A DNA stretch of 24,220 nucleotides from a virus. Its lineage: Duplodnaviria > Caudoviricetes. A program made the position numbers and the translations under genes. This document shows positions 17,035-24,220 of this stretch, in pieces. Positions within the stretch are counted from its first letter, which is position 1. Every line of letters starts with the position of its first letter. The stretch is from IMG/VR virus record IMGVR_UViG_3300035548_000196, positions 1 through 24,220 of that record. The stretch is one strand, 5' to 3'. The notes beneath the pieces were generated by a model. It was given only the letters and a program-made list of their open reading frames with translations. It was not told the origin of the DNA and ran no database searches.

Positions 17035-18926
17035 CACTTCCACCCGTTCACAAACCCTTTGCTTGCCGCTCTCATGCTGCGGCGATTGCCTGTTTTCTTG
17101 GTCGCTGAATCTTCCTTTTCCCGCGCCGGTTCGGCCCGCTCCTGCTGCACCTTTTTCAAAATCTTTTTCATGTCCGGGTTGATGAGCGCATAGGCAGCCA
17201 GGGCATAAACCCGGCAATCCAACACCTCGACCCGCCTGTTCGCGCTCTTCTTCACCCAACGCCGTTGCGGGAGTCCTTTGACGAACTTGGTGACCCGCTT
17301 TTCGCCCGTTAGCTGCTTGAAAAATTCCTCGTCGTACTCCTCCGGGAAGTGACAGAATCCCGGCCCAGGATCGGCGACCTTCAACCGCGCGTGTATGGTA
17401 TCCTTGGCCGTGTCGACTCCCAACATGACCGGCTTTCCGCGCAGGCTCCTTTTCTTGTCCATCGGGTTGGCGATGGGGTTTCCGTATGTGCTCGCACCCT
17501 TCACGGCCCACACGTTGCGGCGGTATCGGCGTTTGCAAAAATTGTATGTCTCGTCGGTAAAGTGCCCGCCCGAGTCCACGCATGTGGCCTTGATCCGCAT
17601 GGCCCTCCCCGATGCGTGCCGGTAGACGTTGAGCAACTTCTCGTCGAGTTCGTCCCATACGGCTTGCCGTGAAGGGTCGCCGTAGACGATCTCGTAGCCC
17701 ATCGACCAGCTTTCGCCCTCGTCGCCCCAGGCGACGACCTCCATTTCTAGCCGGTCGTCCTGAACGTCGACGCCTGCGGTCAACAACCCGGCCTCGAACG
17801 GCACTTCCGGGCCGTAGTCCTCACGCCGGTCGAGGAGGTCGTCTGACTTCGCGCTTTCGCCCTGCTCCTCCCACGTCTCCCCGAGGACCGTGTTGACGAA
17901 CACCTGTAGGGTGTCGGGATCGTCCTTGACGTCCAGGAACTCGGCAGCCAGTTTCCCCCAGGCCGCATTTGCGAACACGGAATAGGCTGCCCAAATGTGA
18001 AACCCGGCATGTCCCCTGAACGGTCTTGTCGCTCTCCACTCGCCCCCTTCGAGCATTTCCAGCTTGTATTTTTCCTCGATCACCGCCCCGCAGTTCGGAC
18101 AAATGAAATGTGCCGTCTCTGGATGGTGTTCGAGGACCTGGCCGTTTTCGTCATAGGTCTTGTCCCATGAGAAGTTTGCCCAGGTGAGCCGATGCTTGTG
18201 GCCGCAATGCGGACACGGAACGAAGTAGTACCGCTTGTCCGACCGCTCGAACTCGCGTTCGATCCGGCTGAAGCCCTTGATTGTCGGGGTCGAACCGACG
18301 ACGATTTTGCGGTTTGAGTATGTCTCGGTTCGCTTGACGCCAAGTTTGATTTGGTCGCCTTCCGAACCGGCACCGCCCACCGGGTAGCCGTCGATCTCAT
18401 CGAACAGGGCGACACGCTTGGTCAGTCTTCGGAAACCTGTGGGGCTGTTCGCGCCCACCAATGTCAAAGAGCCGCCGGGGTACTGCTTTTGAAGGATCGT
18501 GTTGTCCGAGTCCTTCGCCTTGGGATCACTGACCAGCCCCCGGAGAACCGGAGTGTCCCGTATCATTGGTGCTATTTCTGTCTTCGAGTAGTCGCGGGCG
18601 TCGTTTAGCGTCGGCTGAACACACAGGATCGGCGATGGATCGTGGTGAATGAAATAGCCGATGGCATGGTCGATTATCTTGGTGTAGCCAACGCGGGCCG
18701 ACTTCATGTAAGTCGCCTGCTCGACATCCTCGTTGGTGATGGCGTCGAGCATTCCCCGTTGATATGGAATCGTGTGCCACTTCCCAGGTTCCGCCGAGTT
18801 TTCAGCCGATAAATAGGCGTATTCTTCTGCCCACTCGTTCAAGCTGAGTTCCGGCGGAAGTGCGACCATTGCTAGAGCGCTACTCGTCACCTCCTGTAGG
18901 TTTTCGACATACATTTCCTGCGTCAT
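17034..18926 (-). CDS. terL: Terminase large subunit, lambda gpA family
   Basis: KSARVGYT (Walker A), LFDEID (Walker B), STPT, CPHC/CPNC, NTVLGETW, GVDVQ, DSGG, E.LDC.VYA. Confidence 0.96.
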   Translation of the reverse strand: MTQEMYVENLQEVTSSALAMVALPPELSLNEWAEEYAYLSAENSAEPGKWHTIPYQRGMLDAITNEDVEQATYMKSARVGYTKIIDHAIGYFIHHDPSPILCVQPTLNDARDYSKTEIAPMIRDTPVLRGLVSDPKAKDSDNTILQKQYPGGSLTLVGANSPTGFRRLTKRVALFDEIDGYPVGGAGSEGDQIKLGVKRTETYSNRKIVVGSTPTIKGFSRIEREFERSDKRYYFVPCPHCGHKHRLTWANFSWDKTYDENGQVLEHHPETAHFICPNCGAVIEEKYKLEMLEGGEWRATRPFRGHAGFHIWAAYSVFANAAWGKLAAEFLDVKDDPDTLQVFVNTVLGETWEEQGESAKSDDLLDRREDYGPEVPFEAGLLTAGVDVQDDRLEMEVVAWGDEGESWSMGYEIVYGDPSRQAVWDELDEKLLNVYRHASGRAMRIKATCVDSGGHFTDETYNFCKRRYRRNVWAVKGASTYGNPIANPMDKKRSLRGKPVMLGVDTAKDTIHARLKVADPGPGFCHFPEEYDEEFFKQLTGEKRVTKFVKGLPQRRWVKKSANRRVEVLDCRVYALAAYALINPDMKKILKKVQQERAEPAREKEDSATKKTGNRRSMRAASKGFVNGWK

Positions 18927-19392
18927 GTGAACTCAACTCGTCCAAAGCCTCCCGGACGTATGCGGCCACAAGCCGCTTGCATTCTTTGGGGTCGGTCATG
19001 TTCGCCACTTTGTTCGCCACCTTGTCGGGCAGTACGGCCATACGGGACCGGAAAATTGAAAGCACATTTGTCCACGTCAACTTGACGTCTTCCGCTCTGA
19101 CCAATTCCCTGCGCTTTTCCGCTAGTTCCACCTCTTTTAGCTTCCGGTTGACCTCGGCCAGGCGTGTCCGCTCAATGGTGAGACTGTCGGTTTCGGTTTC
19201 GCTGGTCTGGTTAACGGGCTGTGAACGGGGGTGAACACTCCCACCGCCACATATCAGCGCCCGCGCTGCACCTAGCTCAACCTGCTTCTTTGAATTTGTC
19301 CTTAACCCTTTTTTTTTAATCAGCTTTTGGATGTAGGCCGGTGAACAACCCAACTCTTTTGCGCAAGCTCGCTGGCTTAACCATTCCGCCAT
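18880..19392 (-). CDS. terS: Terminase small subunit (Nu1-like)
   Basis: N-terminal HTH (SQRACAKELGCS..YI), coiled coil then ELV...V, R.....LP. Directly upstream of terL. Start uncertain. Confidence 0.85.
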   Translation of the reverse strand: MAEWLSQRACAKELGCSPAYIQKLIKKKGLRTNSKKQVELGAARALICGGGSVHPRSQPVNQTSETETDSLTIERTRLAEVNRKLKEVELAEKRRELVRAEDVKLTWTNVLSIFRSRMAVLPDKVANKVANMTDPKECKRLVAAYVREALDELSSHDAGNVCRKPTGGDE

Positions 19393-19453
19393 TGCTTCAT
19401 CCAATTCGTGTTCACCGTTCACCTCTGAATTTTTTCCCCTGCCTAGCCACATC

Positions 19454-19498
19454 CCGAGGTGGCGCGTTACCCTCGGCTCTCAACCCCTGGAAGTACCT
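19454..19498 (-). other. Putative cos region (cosQ-like AGGTACT and cosN-like dyad)
   Basis: Minus strand AGGTACT-23 nt-AACGCGCCACCT-CG, with CCGAGG/CCTCGG dyad, immediately upstream of terS. Confidence 0.65.
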
Positions 19499-19507
19499 TT
19501 TTTTAAT

Positions 19508-19522
19508 TGATAATCGTTATCG
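19508..19522. promoter_or_regulatory. Fur-box-like 7-1-7 palindrome next to cos
   Basis: TGATAAT-C-GTTATCG matches TGATAATnATTATCA at 12/14. Confidence 0.5.
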
Positions 19523-20122
19523 CCTGCCGGTCCTGACGGCGAAGGCGAACGCCTTGGCAAAGTGGCCCGCGAAGGTTTTGTCGACGACGCGGCGGGCGTC
19601 TTCGTAGAAGTCAAAGCGTTGCTCGACGCGGGCTTTCGGCTTGAGGACGTAAGCAAGGCGGATATGCTTACCCTTCCGTCCATACCGCTGATAGACGGCC
19701 TTGCCGCGCCCATGCAGGTCGGCCACAAATGAGTTTCGCAGGTTGCGCGGACGCTTGGCCTTGCCGATTCGGCCTGAGGCCGTGCGCTTCATATTCCTGG
19801 TAGGTATGGCGAGGTTGCTGCCCTCGGGCGTCTTGGTTCCGCCTTGCGCCTGACGCTCAAGCCATTCTCGACCAAGACGGTCGTAAACGCGGCCTTCCAG
19901 CTTGCGCTTGCTGGCCTTGCCCACGCGGAAGGATGCACGGGCGAAATTCCTGTTTCTTACCTTGAACGCTTTACGGTAGGTGCGCTTGACCGTATTCTCC
20001 CGGATATCAAAGCACGTCGAGTTGATGGCCGAAGCAGTTGCATACGGCAGTTGTTTACGAGACAGCCCGAGGAGAAACGGGCCGAGGACTCGACCGATAT
20101 TGCTTTTGACATTGATTTTCAC
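19517..20122 (-). CDS. Basic phage protein, gpZ/neck-completion-like
   Basis: KQLPYATASAIN motif, very Arg/Lys-rich, 201 aa. Confidence 0.6.
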   Translation of the reverse strand: MKINVKSNIGRVLGPFLLGLSRKQLPYATASAINSTCFDIRENTVKRTYRKAFKVRNRNFARASFRVGKASKRKLEGRVYDRLGREWLERQAQGGTKTPEGSNLAIPTRNMKRTASGRIGKAKRPRNLRNSFVADLHGRGKAVYQRYGRKGKHIRLAYVLKPKARVEQRFDFYEDARRVVDKTFAGHFAKAFAFAVRTGRR

Positions 20123-20391
20123 GGCCTGTTGCCCCGCCTGTACTCGTCTTTGAACTCTTTCATCAGACGATAGATGCCATCGACTCGTTCCATGACAACG
20201 TTGATCTTGATGGCGTTATCGCGTCCTCTCTGTTGCTCCTGTTTGATCTCGCAAATTGCGGCCTCGGCTGCGTCCATGCGCACGGAATACGACGCTTCCA
20301 TTCGCCCGACGTACAGCCCAAGGGCGATAGCGACCGCCAGGATTGAACCGACGGTCGCCACGTTGATCCGCGTGTCGATTTGCAGGGCCAT
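20119..20391 (-). CDS. Single-TM coiled-coil membrane protein (holin/antiholin- or i-spanin-like)
   Basis: TM VATVGSILAVAIALGLYV followed by coiled coil; lysis-module position. Confidence 0.6.
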   Translation of the reverse strand: MALQIDTRINVATVGSILAVAIALGLYVGRMEASYSVRMDAAEAAICEIKQEQQRGRDNAIKINVVMERVDGIYRLMKEFKDEYRRGNRP

Positions 20392-20565
20392 CTATTCGCC
20401 TTCGGCCAGGTCGGGAAGGTCGCGCACGTCCTCGGTGCGGGCCTCGTACTCTTCCAGGGTCGGGACCTCGTACCCGTCGGCGCACAGCCGTTCGGTGATT
20501 TCAGCGAACGTGTAGCCAACCTTGATAGCCGCAGAAATGAACGTGATGATTTCGGTAGCGACCAT
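20392..20565 (-). CDS. Small hypothetical protein, 57 aa (below ORF-track cut-off)
   Basis: MVATEIITFISAAIKVGYTFAEITERLCADGYEVPTLEEYEARTEDVRDLPDLAEGE; fills the gap between neighbours; AAGGGGG RBS. Confidence 0.75.
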   Translation of the reverse strand: MVATEIITFISAAIKVGYTFAEITERLCADGYEVPTLEEYEARTEDVRDLPDLAEGE

Positions 20566-20567
20566 GA

Positions 20568-21203
20568 CTATTCCCCCTTCTCGGTCAGTTGTGCGATCTT
20601 GGCCCAGGCGTCGGAGATGAGAACGCGGATGCGAGCCAACTGCCCGTCGTATTCACCCGGCTTGACCTGCGTAGCCTTCCAAATGGCAACACTTTCGCGC
20701 ACCATGACTAGGGCATCGCGCCCCTCGTCGAGGATGGGGGCCACGTTGGTCTTGATCCACTCGGCCTTGTCGGGGCCGAGCGTATCGACGAGGTCGACAT
20801 ACTCGGCTCGTACAGCCTCATAGGCATTCGTGGCCTCGTCGGTCACAACGATGGCCTTGTCGACGGGGCTGAGATTTTCCAGGGCCGGAGCGACATTCTT
20901 GACGCACCCGGTACAAACCATGACTAGGAGAGCCAGGAGGGCAAACCCGGCGATGAGCGGCGGGCGAATAAACCCGCTCTTGTACTTGTCAAAGTCGACG
21001 GCGACCGTGCCGTCCTTGGACTTGGTCAGGATCGTCGGCTTGCGGAAGTTCAGGGCGATGAAGTCAACCACCTTGAGCAGGTAGAACAAGACACGATTGT
21101 CCACCTTGTTCGGGGTGATCTGCGCCACGACGGAGAACAAGGCAACGGCCAGACAGACGGCCAGCCACCAATGTTCGATTAACAGGGCAATAACGTTGTC
21201 CAT
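20568..21203 (-). CDS. Membrane protein: holin-like N-terminus plus internal lipoprotein signal and helical domain
   Basis: TM1 then ITPNKVDN...KVVDFIALN; second hydrophobic run LIAGFALLALLVMV-CTG-C100; AAGGGAG RBS. Confidence 0.7.
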   Translation of the reverse strand: MDNVIALLIEHWWLAVCLAVALFSVVAQITPNKVDNRVLFYLLKVVDFIALNFRKPTILTKSKDGTVAVDFDKYKSGFIRPPLIAGFALLALLVMVCTGCVKNVAPALENLSPVDKAIVVTDEATNAYEAVRAEYVDLVDTLGPDKAEWIKTNVAPILDEGRDALVMVRESVAIWKATQVKPGEYDGQLARIRVLISDAWAKIAQLTEKGE

Positions 21204-21218
21204 GTCTCTGCTCCCTTG

Positions 21219-21380
21219 TTAGGCATAGATGAGCCAGCCGACGGCGTGCTCCCACCACGAAGAAAGAAGGCGGGCCGTCATTTCGGACAGACCCGCCCCC
21301 CGGAGGCGGCAATACACATGAAGGCCGTTGCACGTATGCTGTAACTTTTGCTTGATGCGTTTCATCACGGTCAAAATCAT
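21219..21380 (-). CDS. Small hypothetical protein with LQH..N.LHVYCRL motif
   Basis: Co-oriented ORF ending 15 nt before the next gene; start uncertain (21434, 21380 or 21365). Confidence 0.6.
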   Translation of the reverse strand: MILTVMKRIKQKLQHTCNGLHVYCRLRGAGLSEMTARLLSSWWEHAVGWLIYA

Positions 21381-21495
21381 ATCAACGGAACGCGCACGCG
21401 AGCCACGGACATTAGGCTTGCATACAGGATACACCGCGCTAACATCCGTTCACGGCGGCGATAATCAGGGCGGTTTTTCTCGCCCGGACAGGCAC

Positions 21496-21525
21496 AAAAA
21501 AAGCCCGTCGATTACGACGGGCTTT
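21496..21525 (-). terminator. Rho-independent terminator
   Basis: AAAGCCCGTCG-ATTA-CGACGGGCTTT stem with a 7-U run on the minus strand, just downstream of the 21551 stop. Confidence 0.85.
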
Positions 21526-21550
21526 CAGGGGGCTTTGATGGTGTAGAGAG

Positions 21551-22051
21551 CTATTTCTTGTATTTGGCCTTGGAATCAAGCTTGACCGGGATACTCCCAC
21601 TGGTTTCGGGGCTCTCAAAATAGAGCGACACCGGCCATTCGTCTTTTTCTCCTTTGTCGAACATCAAAAAGCCCTCCACGGATGTCCCCGGCAATACCTT
21701 TGTCGCCTTGAGGGCATGCAGCTTCATCCACGGAAGATTGTTCTTCAGGCCAAACATCTCGGAACTGAAGCTGTAAGACTTCCTGGCAGACGACGCCAAG
21801 GTGAAGTATCCGGGGTTGACGTTGACCGGCTTATTCATGCCGTTTTCTATGGTCACGTATACGATTTGGTATTGCGACAGGTAACTCCCTTTAAAGTCCT
21901 TTGTGTTGTCGTTCGCCAGGCCGTAACTCAAATCCTCGCGGAACAACATCGGCTCAATGTCTGTCGCAGATATGGACACGCCACCAGCCAGGACTGGGGC
22001 GGCACATATCAAGACAATCGCGAGCGACAGGATAGCGGATAAAAAGCGCAT
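21551..22051 (-). CDS. Exported protein, DUF4352-like beta-sandwich (moron)
   Basis: Sec signal peptide (MRFLSAILSLAIVLICAAPVLA); V.VTIEN......VNP..FTL and VLPG.SVEG.L.F pattern; AAAGGAGG RBS. Confidence 0.72.
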   Translation of the reverse strand: MRFLSAILSLAIVLICAAPVLAGGVSISATDIEPMLFREDLSYGLANDNTKDFKGSYLSQYQIVYVTIENGMNKPVNVNPGYFTLASSARKSYSFSSEMFGLKNNLPWMKLHALKATKVLPGTSVEGFLMFDKGEKDEWPVSLYFESPETSGSIPVKLDSKAKYKK

Positions 22052-22071
22052 GATGGTCCTCCTTTACAGCG

Positions 22072-22101
22072 GGTATAAAGGAAGACCAGGAGAAAAGGCA
22101 A
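22072..22101 (-). promoter_or_regulatory. Putative sigma70 promoter of the exported-protein gene
   Basis: TTGCCT-N18-TATACC in the short intergenic gap. Confidence 0.35.
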
Positions 22102-22108
22102 GGCGGCT

Positions 22109-22528
22109 CTACCGTCGCTTGGGCAGGCGTATCAGCTTGGCGAGCGGTTCAAACACTTTGGCAAGCTCGTCCAAGAATGCGCGATCGGCTTTACCTAGAT
22201 CGTCGGCAGCATCGGAAAATGTAGCTTCTTGGCATTGTATGGGCACACCTAAAACGCGAGCTAATATTTCCGAGTGTGCCCTTGCATTGTCCGGGTAGAT
22301 CAAGGTTTGACCATGCTCACGCATAACGTCTAAAAGTTCACGCAAAAAGACGGCACTTATAACCGTCTCTTCCTCTATCTGGACAAAAAAGCCTTGTGTG
22401 TCTGTATCACATATCGCGGCAGCAACTTGGACAGCTTCCGGCATGGAGTTCAACACATGCCTAAAGTCATCTTTTGTCACAACACCTTTTTGCAACATCA
22501 AACGATATGCCATTTCAACTTCGTTCAT
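22109..22528 (-). CDS. Hypothetical protein, AT-richer than neighbours
   Basis: 139-aa ORF filling the gap in operon orientation; no recognised motif. Confidence 0.65.
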   Translation of the reverse strand: MNEVEMAYRLMLQKGVVTKDDFRHVLNSMPEAVQVAAAICDTDTQGFFVQIEEETVISAVFLRELLDVMREHGQTLIYPDNARAHSEILARVLGVPIQCQEATFSDAADDLGKADRAFLDELAKVFEPLAKLIRLPKRR

Positions 22529-22537
22529 AGTTTTACC

Positions 22538-22759
22538 CTACTCCGGCGGCGTGGCCGGTGTCCAGTTCCCGTTTATCAAGCCGTGAATCTCGCTCTTAGG
22601 TATCAGCCGCTTGTGGACCGGGCGGCAACTCGAAACCCGCCGGTCGCGGATCATGCGTTCCACTGTGGACGGATGCACGCGGAGGATGTCCGCCGTTTCC
22701 TTGATCGTGTAGAAAGACGTTTCCCCTTTTGCGGGGGTGTTCCTGCCTCTGTTTTTCAT
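22538..22759 (-). CDS. Excisionase-family/HTH_17 DNA-binding protein
   Basis: FYTIKETADILRVHPSTVERMIRD...RLIP..EI. Confidence 0.82.
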   Translation of the reverse strand: MKNRGRNTPAKGETSFYTIKETADILRVHPSTVERMIRDRRVSSCRPVHKRLIPKSEIHGLINGNWTPATPPE

Positions 22760-22787
22760 CGCTGTTTTCCCTTTCGCCTCCGGGAAA

Positions 22788-23411
22788 TCAGGAGTTCATA
22801 AAAGCGTCCTGGACGTCCTCGTCGGCAAACTGGACATAGGCCATAAGTGCCTCTTGCGTCTTGTGCCCGGTACAGCGTTGCAGGACATGGAAAGGCACCT
22901 CTTTGCCCGGCGTCCAATTCTCCGTCAGGTAGTCCAATTTCTCTTTGGCAAAGGTCTTGCGCATGAGCCCATGCGTCCCGACCTGCCCTTCGATCCGGCG
23001 CAACCGCACCGGGGCCACGCAGTCGCGCCAGGCTTGAACCCGGTCTATCGGGTGGTTCCCCTTGGCCCGGCTCTGAAAAAAGTAGTCGTCGGGACGCCAG
23101 TACCCGCGCTCCTTCAAGTCTTCGAACTGCGCAAGCACATGGGGCGCGACATCGGGGTGAATGGGCACGGTCCGCCCGTCCGCCTTGCCCGCCTTGCCGC
23201 CCTTCATGCTCTGCCGCTCGACGGTCACGGTCTGCCGGACCTGGCCGTCGTGTATCAGGTCGCGGATACGCAGGCTCAAGAGTTCCGACACGCGAAACCC
23301 GGTCTTGCGCCCCAGGATCAACAAAGCCTTGGTCCGCAACCGGTTCGGCCCGCGCACGGAATGGAAGACCAGCGACCATTCCTTTTTGCTGAGAGGGCGA
23401 CAACCCTTCAT
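22788..23411 (-). CDS. Second tyrosine recombinase, catalytic domain only (207 aa)
   Basis: TGFRVSELLSL, MKG, THGLMRKTFA, TGHK, AY; ATGA overlap with upstream gene. Confidence 0.88.
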   Translation of the reverse strand: MKGCRPLSKKEWSLVFHSVRGPNRLRTKALLILGRKTGFRVSELLSLRIRDLIHDGQVRQTVTVERQSMKGGKAGKADGRTVPIHPDVAPHVLAQFEDLKERGYWRPDDYFFQSRAKGNHPIDRVQAWRDCVAPVRLRRIEGQVGTHGLMRKTFAKEKLDYLTENWTPGKEVPFHVLQRCTGHKTQEALMAYVQFADEDVQDAFMNS

Positions 23412-24190
23412 TCCTCGAATCCTCGGTAATATGCCTCTATGTATTCTTCAAATGAGTCGTGTTTTCTGTTGGTTAATTGTCCATCAGCATTGATAAAACG
23501 GCGTTGAAACCATTTCTTACACGCGGCTTCAAATGCTTTATACATCCCAGGCCAGCGGTCACGATGTAAAGCCACTTTTTTTCTAGCTGCCGGATAATTG
23601 TGAAAGATAAACGGACAAATAACGCAACCGATCCGGTCAAACCCCTCGTCATAAAGAGAGGGATAGGGCAGCTTATGAAGCTTAATAAACTCCCACACAT
23701 GCCATTCTTTCCAATAAAATATAGGCTTATATGTCCAAGAGTTATAACGCTTGAGCACGTCCGTCCTCGGTCTAGAGGCTCTAGACATAGATTCCTCGGC
23801 ACGCTGGCCCATTACACGATGTTTCAATGGGACAGATTTTCCGGGGTCTTTTTTTAGAACATCACAACACCAGCGGCTTACGCGCAGAGGCGGGGCCTTC
23901 TTTTTTATCCCTTCCCAAAAGGTCATTTCAGGATAGACGAACTCGACATCAGGATAGTGTTTTTTTATGTGCCGCACGACTTCGGGGGGATCAATCCGAG
24001 TGCATGAATAGTACATCCAGAAACGGACATTCGCCATATACGCAAGCTGGCGTATGACAATCGAGTCCTTTCCACCGCTGAATCCAAGATAATACCCCTC
24101 TGGTGGTTCGTTCTCCCGAAGATAGTTTATGGCCTCGGCGACCATGTCTTCCAGCGGTATCAAGCTGGCTTTGAGTTCTGATTTAGACAC
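23408..24190 (-). CDS. PAPS-reductase-family (PP-loop, Fe-S) protein; may start outside the window
   Basis: FSGGKDS, RWCC..LK, G.RAEES..R, PI..W...VW, RIGCVICP. Frame stays open to the window edge. Confidence 0.88.
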   Translation of the reverse strand: MSKSELKASLIPLEDMVAEAINYLRENEPPEGYYLGFSGGKDSIVIRQLAYMANVRFWMYYSCTRIDPPEVVRHIKKHYPDVEFVYPEMTFWEGIKKKAPPLRVSRWCCDVLKKDPGKSVPLKHRVMGQRAEESMSRASRPRTDVLKRYNSWTYKPIFYWKEWHVWEFIKLHKLPYPSLYDEGFDRIGCVICPFIFHNYPAARKKVALHRDRWPGMYKAFEAACKKWFQRRFINADGQLTNRKHDSFEEYIEAYYRGFEE

Positions 24191-24220
24191 CTTTCCCCCA
24201 CTCCGCCATTCCCCATCACC

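Larger units (their letters stand above)
1..24220. mobile_element. Temperate lambda-like siphophage genome segment (integrase, attP, complete head and tail modules)
   Basis: Contiguous terminase-portal-capsid-tail gene order typical of lambdoid phages, plus integrase and tRNA-derived att core. No host housekeeping genes in the window. Confidence 0.96.

Noticed and set aside
17035-17658. N-terminal 208 aa of the 386-aa ORF 16498..17658
   Set aside because: Off-frame overlap with terL; the coupled ATG at 17034 is the better start.
20930-20990. Prepilin-like cleavage motif (KSG|FIRPP) in the 211-aa protein
   Set aside because: Lacks the usual +5 Glu and contains prolines; the lipobox explains the hydrophobic run better.
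21371-21385. Second Fur-like box (TCAAAATCATATCAA)
   Set aside because: Too many mismatches to a 7-1-7 palindrome to support.
22756-23429. Alternative-frame 215-aa (-) and 230-aa (+) ORFs over the second recombinase
   Set aside because: Arg/Pro/Gly-rich or antisense off-frame products of GC-rich DNA; the recombinase frame carries the motifs.

Overview
The whole window is a temperate, lambda-like long-tailed (siphovirus-type) phage segment. A Desulfovibrio-type deltaproteobacterial host is my inference from protein styles, not shown. On the + strand, a tyrosine integrase (5' end outside the window, N-terminal Cys/His zinc-finger-like motif) runs into a tRNA-Ser 3'-end core flanked on both sides by arm repeats. 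Tail-fibre genes converge on the same site from the other side, so this looks like an intact attP (excised/circular phage) rather than a prophage end. On the - strand, right to left: PAPS-reductase-fold protein, a second catalytic-domain-only tyrosine recombinase, an Xis-like HTH, two moron-like genes, an atypical membrane/lysis block with no visible endolysin, a gpZ-like gene, a lambda-like cos region with a Fur-box-like palindrome, terminase S/L, head-closure protein, portal, fused protease-major capsid, head-tail joining proteins, tail tube, G/GT frameshift chaperones, tape measure, M, L, K, a fused I-J tail-tip protein, a collar-domain fibre and its chaperone. All family calls come from motif recognition and synteny; no searches were run.
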